A DNA stretch of 34,458 nt. Origin: Octopus bimaculoides (taxonomy: Eukaryota). The notes under the pieces were generated by a model, which did not search any database, was not told the DNA's origin, and worked only from the letters and a program-made list of their open reading frames with translations. The stretch covers positions 43,251,791 to 43,286,248 of the forward strand of contig NC_068990.1 of the NCBI RefSeq assembly GCF_001194135.2. The letters run 5' to 3'. A program made the translations under genes and the position numbers. Shown one piece after another: positions 34,174-34,458 of the stretch (position 1 is its first letter; every line of letters begins with the position of its first letter).

Positions 34174-34458
34174 TTCAGTAGTTTTATTTTTATAACGTGC
34201 TTTCACTTCACTACCGAGCGCAGCTCTGTGCGCCTTGGGTATGTGCTGTGGTTTGCTGTGGTGCTCTTATGTTTACTGTATTGAAAGTGTTTTGCGTAGA
34301 ATGTGTGCAGTACCCAGTAGTGCAATTTTCTGTATGTTATATATATTTGTAAGTCCTGGTGTTTTTGTTATGTATTTGTCTGAATATTTTTTTATTATAC
34401 CTAAGGCACCTACTATGATAGGAATTGTTTCTGTTTTTAGATTCCACATTCGAGTTAT
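34174..34458 (-). mobile_element. R4/Dong 3' end, running off the window; low divergence
   Basis: The reverse strand reads TRMWNLKTETIPIIVGALGIIKKYSDKYITKTPGLTNIYNIQKIALLGTAHILRKTLSIQ* without a stop; (AAT)n/(AAC)n tail. Confidence 0.92.

Overview
This is eukaryotic, AT-rich, repeat-saturated genomic DNA from a gapped draft assembly (eight N-runs). The repeat repertoire is what I would expect from an octopus or other coleoid cephalopod; this is inferred from recalled family likeness, not from a database search. No intact cellular gene, rRNA, tRNA or CRISPR array is supported. The window holds about 10 decayed RTE-clade LINE fragments with (GAT)n tails, including one very young subfamily and a PHD-type Cys/His finger embedded in the RT domain. 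It also holds about 10 R4/Dong-type (restriction-like endonuclease) non-LTR fragments stacked head-to-tail in (AAT)n/(AAC)n tracts, at least three tRNA-derived SINE families, a 49-bp minisatellite, a 199-bp foldback element, a Penelope-like remnant with a degenerate minimal hammerhead motif, and a Helentron/HINE-like element. Most ORFs in the supplied track are artefacts of microsatellites or N-gaps. The best leads are the microsatellite-targeted R4/Dong stacks, the PHD-in-RT architecture, the hammerhead-like motif, a CpG-retaining domain at about 26.7-28.9 kb, a perfect 63-bp palindrome inside a LINE, and a speculative minus-strand exon pair. I see no convincing wholly new biological system.
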